NCBI GenBank assembly: GCA_944359075.1 | Contig: CALVSR010000002.1 | Span: 1-46,310, forward strand | Source: an uncultured Bacilli bacterium | GTDB taxonomy: Bacteria > Bacillota_I > Bacilli_A > RF39 > UBA660 | Length of the DNA stretch: 46,310 nucleotides | Reading direction: 5' to 3' | Part shown: positions 44,350 through 46,310 of the stretch, piece by piece | Position numbering within the stretch: position 1 is the stretch's first letter | Layout of the letters: every line of letters begins with the position of its first letter | Notes under the pieces: generated by a model | Told to the model about the DNA's origin: nothing | Database searches by the model: none | Seen by the model: the letters and a program-made list of their open reading frames with translations, nothing else | Position numbers and translations under genes: made by a program

Positions 44350-45192
44350 ATGGATAAAATTTTATTAATTGGTGCTATAAATTCGTGTGGAGTTCCTTAT
44401 AGTAGGGATAATAAAGACCACCTTAGCTTTTTAGATATAGTAAGTAATGAATTAAAAAAAGCATCATTTCAAGTGGAAAAATTAGATTTATATTCACTAG
44501 ATAAGAACAATTCTTGGAATTTTTCTAAAATTTTTACCGATTCAATCGACTATGCAACAATTAAAAATATTCAAATACAGTCTATAGAAAATTTACAACA
44601 AAAGAATTTTATTTTTAGCTGCACAATACCTAAGAAAGTTTGTCAAAGATATTCTATAAATGATGAGGATAAAAGTTTGATTATTAAAAAAAAATATTGT
44701 GAAGCCAATATTCCTGTGTTTATTTACAGTGGGGGTATAAATGATTGGTTTGTTTCTATTCAAGCTGGACCAGTAGAAATGATTTCTAAGGGAGTTAGAG
44801 AAAAATTACCTGAAAACATTATGAGTTTAATTAAAGAAGCAATAGAAAATGTTAGAAAAAATTTAGAACTGTTAATAAGATTAAATCCCAAAGTAACAAT
44901 ATATGTATTAGGAATATATGATACTCCATTATTCTCTATGATTGAAAAGATAGCATATTTTCAAGATGGTAGATTAAACTATAATTATCGAGATTGGATT
45001 AATTATTATAATTTTCTTTTGCAAGAAGTTTGCAATAGTTTAGTAAATGTAGAATACATATCATTAGAGCAAATACAAAGTTATGTTCCAATTTTTGATT
45101 TTCATCCAAATAGAAAAGGACATGAACAAATTGCTTATCAATTACTAAAAAGATTAAATAAGGGAGGTTTACTATGGCAAAAAAAACATTAG
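44350..45192 (+). CDS. SGNH/GDSL-like hydrolase-fold protein (divergent block I)
   Basis: Block III GGINDW and block V DFHPNRKGHEQIA are typical. Block I reads IGAINSCG instead of GDS. Confidence 0.5.
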   Translation: MDKILLIGAINSCGVPYSRDNKDHLSFLDIVSNELKKASFQVEKLDLYSLDKNNSWNFSKIFTDSIDYATIKNIQIQSIENLQQKNFIFSCTIPKKVCQRYSINDEDKSLIIKKKYCEANIPVFIYSGGINDWFVSIQAGPVEMISKGVREKLPENIMSLIKEAIENVRKNLELLIRLNPKVTIYVLGIYDTPLFSMIEKIAYFQDGRLNYNYRDWINYYNFLLQEVCNSLVNVEYISLEQIQSYVPIFDFHPNRKGHEQIAYQLLKRLNKGGLLWQKKH

Positions 45193-46232
45193 GACAACTT
45201 TTATCAGAAAATGGAATTAATGAGCTAAGATTAACCAGCATGGGCAATTCGATTGCTTCCGGATATTCCTATATGAACATAACCCAACCTCTTTTATATA
45301 GAGATGAAACCATTGAAAGCATTATGGCAGAAAAGGGGATAACCTTGAAACGCTATCACTTCGCACGTTATGCTAACAATAACGATGAGCATGTTTATAG
45401 CTGGTTTTTATCAAATATTACGGAAGAAGAAATATATCACTTGAATCGGGTAGATATATTGCATGAAAGAGTCATAGGACTAACACCTGATTTACTTGCA
45501 AAATATTATCCAGAGCATTCAGTAGAAAATCTAGGGTTAAGAAATATTATATTAGAAAATAATCCTAATTTAGCAAATATAGTAATATATCATGGAGCAA
45601 CAGGGTCTTTCTTAGATAATATTAAAAGAAATGGGAAACATAAACTAACAACAGGAATAAAACGTGATTGTACTTCTATAGAGTCAATTTTGAAAGCCAT
45701 TCAAATTAACAATCGTTTCGAAGAAAGTAATACACAGGTCTATTTATGTGGTGCACCAAGACTATTGAATACTCCAGTAACTGATATTTTTATAAACTCT
45801 AGATTAAAAAAGATTGCTTCAACCTATGCCAATGTCACTTATGTACCACCAATTTCTAGAAAAATCCTATACCAACAAAATGGTTATGGTATTTCTCCAG
45901 ATACTCACTACAATGAAGAAGAATATTTAACTTTATTAAATAAAATTATGGAAAGTATAAGCGACAATTATTTGATGAAGAAAGCTATGATAGATATTGA
46001 TAGAGAATTTTTTAATATGAGTAGAAAAATTGAAGAAGGTGGAAATTTAGATAAAGATAGTATGATAGAAGAAAGATTAAATGAATGGATTACTATTTTA
46101 GAAGCCCAAGGAATGAATATTCATTATTTTTTAAATACCCTAAAAAGATACCTTTTAGACAGACAGCCCTATGATTTTCATTATTTAGGAAATGAGACAA
46201 TGAAGACACATATAAATCAATTAAAAAAGTAG
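45174..46232 (+). CDS. SGNH/GDSL-like hydrolase-fold protein (paralogous neighbour)
   Basis: Block-I-like SMGNSIASGYS. A possible block V at SPDTHY has non-canonical spacing. Overlaps the preceding gene by 19 nt. Confidence 0.4.
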   Translation: MAKKTLGQLLSENGINELRLTSMGNSIASGYSYMNITQPLLYRDETIESIMAEKGITLKRYHFARYANNNDEHVYSWFLSNITEEEIYHLNRVDILHERVIGLTPDLLAKYYPEHSVENLGLRNIILENNPNLANIVIYHGATGSFLDNIKRNGKHKLTTGIKRDCTSIESILKAIQINNRFEESNTQVYLCGAPRLLNTPVTDIFINSRLKKIASTYANVTYVPPISRKILYQQNGYGISPDTHYNEEEYLTLLNKIMESISDNYLMKKAMIDIDREFFNMSRKIEEGGNLDKDSMIEERLNEWITILEAQGMNIHYFLNTLKRYLLDRQPYDFHYLGNETMKTHINQLKK

Positions 46233-46310
46233 AAAAACGTGAAATGAAAAGTTAAATTTCAGATTCTGTTCTAAAAGTATATTTGTAAGAGTAAATGGAA
46301 GTTTTTTCAA

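Overview
This window is the chromosomal replication-origin region of a very AT-rich Firmicute. It uses the standard genetic code (TGA is a stop, Trp is TGG) and has Bacillus-like synteny with sporulation-type genes (spoVT, bofA, ricT). On the minus strand, reading from high to low coordinates: dnaA-dnaN-comK-recF-gyrB-gyrA, a ~2.1-kb gene-free repeat array, SRP RNA-tadA-dnaX-ybaB-recR-bofA-holB-ricT-yabB-like-rsmI, pth-mfd, a GT-C glycosyltransferase (plus strand), two hypothetical genes and spoVT. On the plus strand: rpmH-rnpA-yidC-jag, a HEPN-like insert, mnmE, a frameshifted gene, a small ORF, mnmG-rsmG-noc-soj-spo0J-mscS-DUF951-abgT-ychF, a hypothetical gene, a BI-1 family gene, helD and two SGNH-like genes. 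oriC is bipartite, with DnaA-box clusters on both sides of dnaA. The most unusual feature is the non-coding interval 14318-16400. It holds eight perfect 16/16 consensus parS sites (TGTTTCACGTGAAACA) arranged in a ~600-bp higher-order tandem repeat. In three units the parS is followed at a fixed 27-bp centre-to-centre distance by a perfect Noc-binding-site palindrome (TATTTCCCGGGAAATA), with an oriC-type DnaA box (TGTGGAAAA) between them. Three more perfect NBS palindromes are dispersed in the window, one of them in-frame inside dnaX. The cognate proteins (a Noc-like ParB paralogue without the N-terminal membrane helix, Soj/ParA and Spo0J/ParB) are encoded about 20 kb away across oriC. A second candidate novelty is a two-domain protein with an Rx4HxY HEPN RNase motif inserted between jag and mnmE. 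All functional calls come from motif and synteny recognition by eye; no database search was run.
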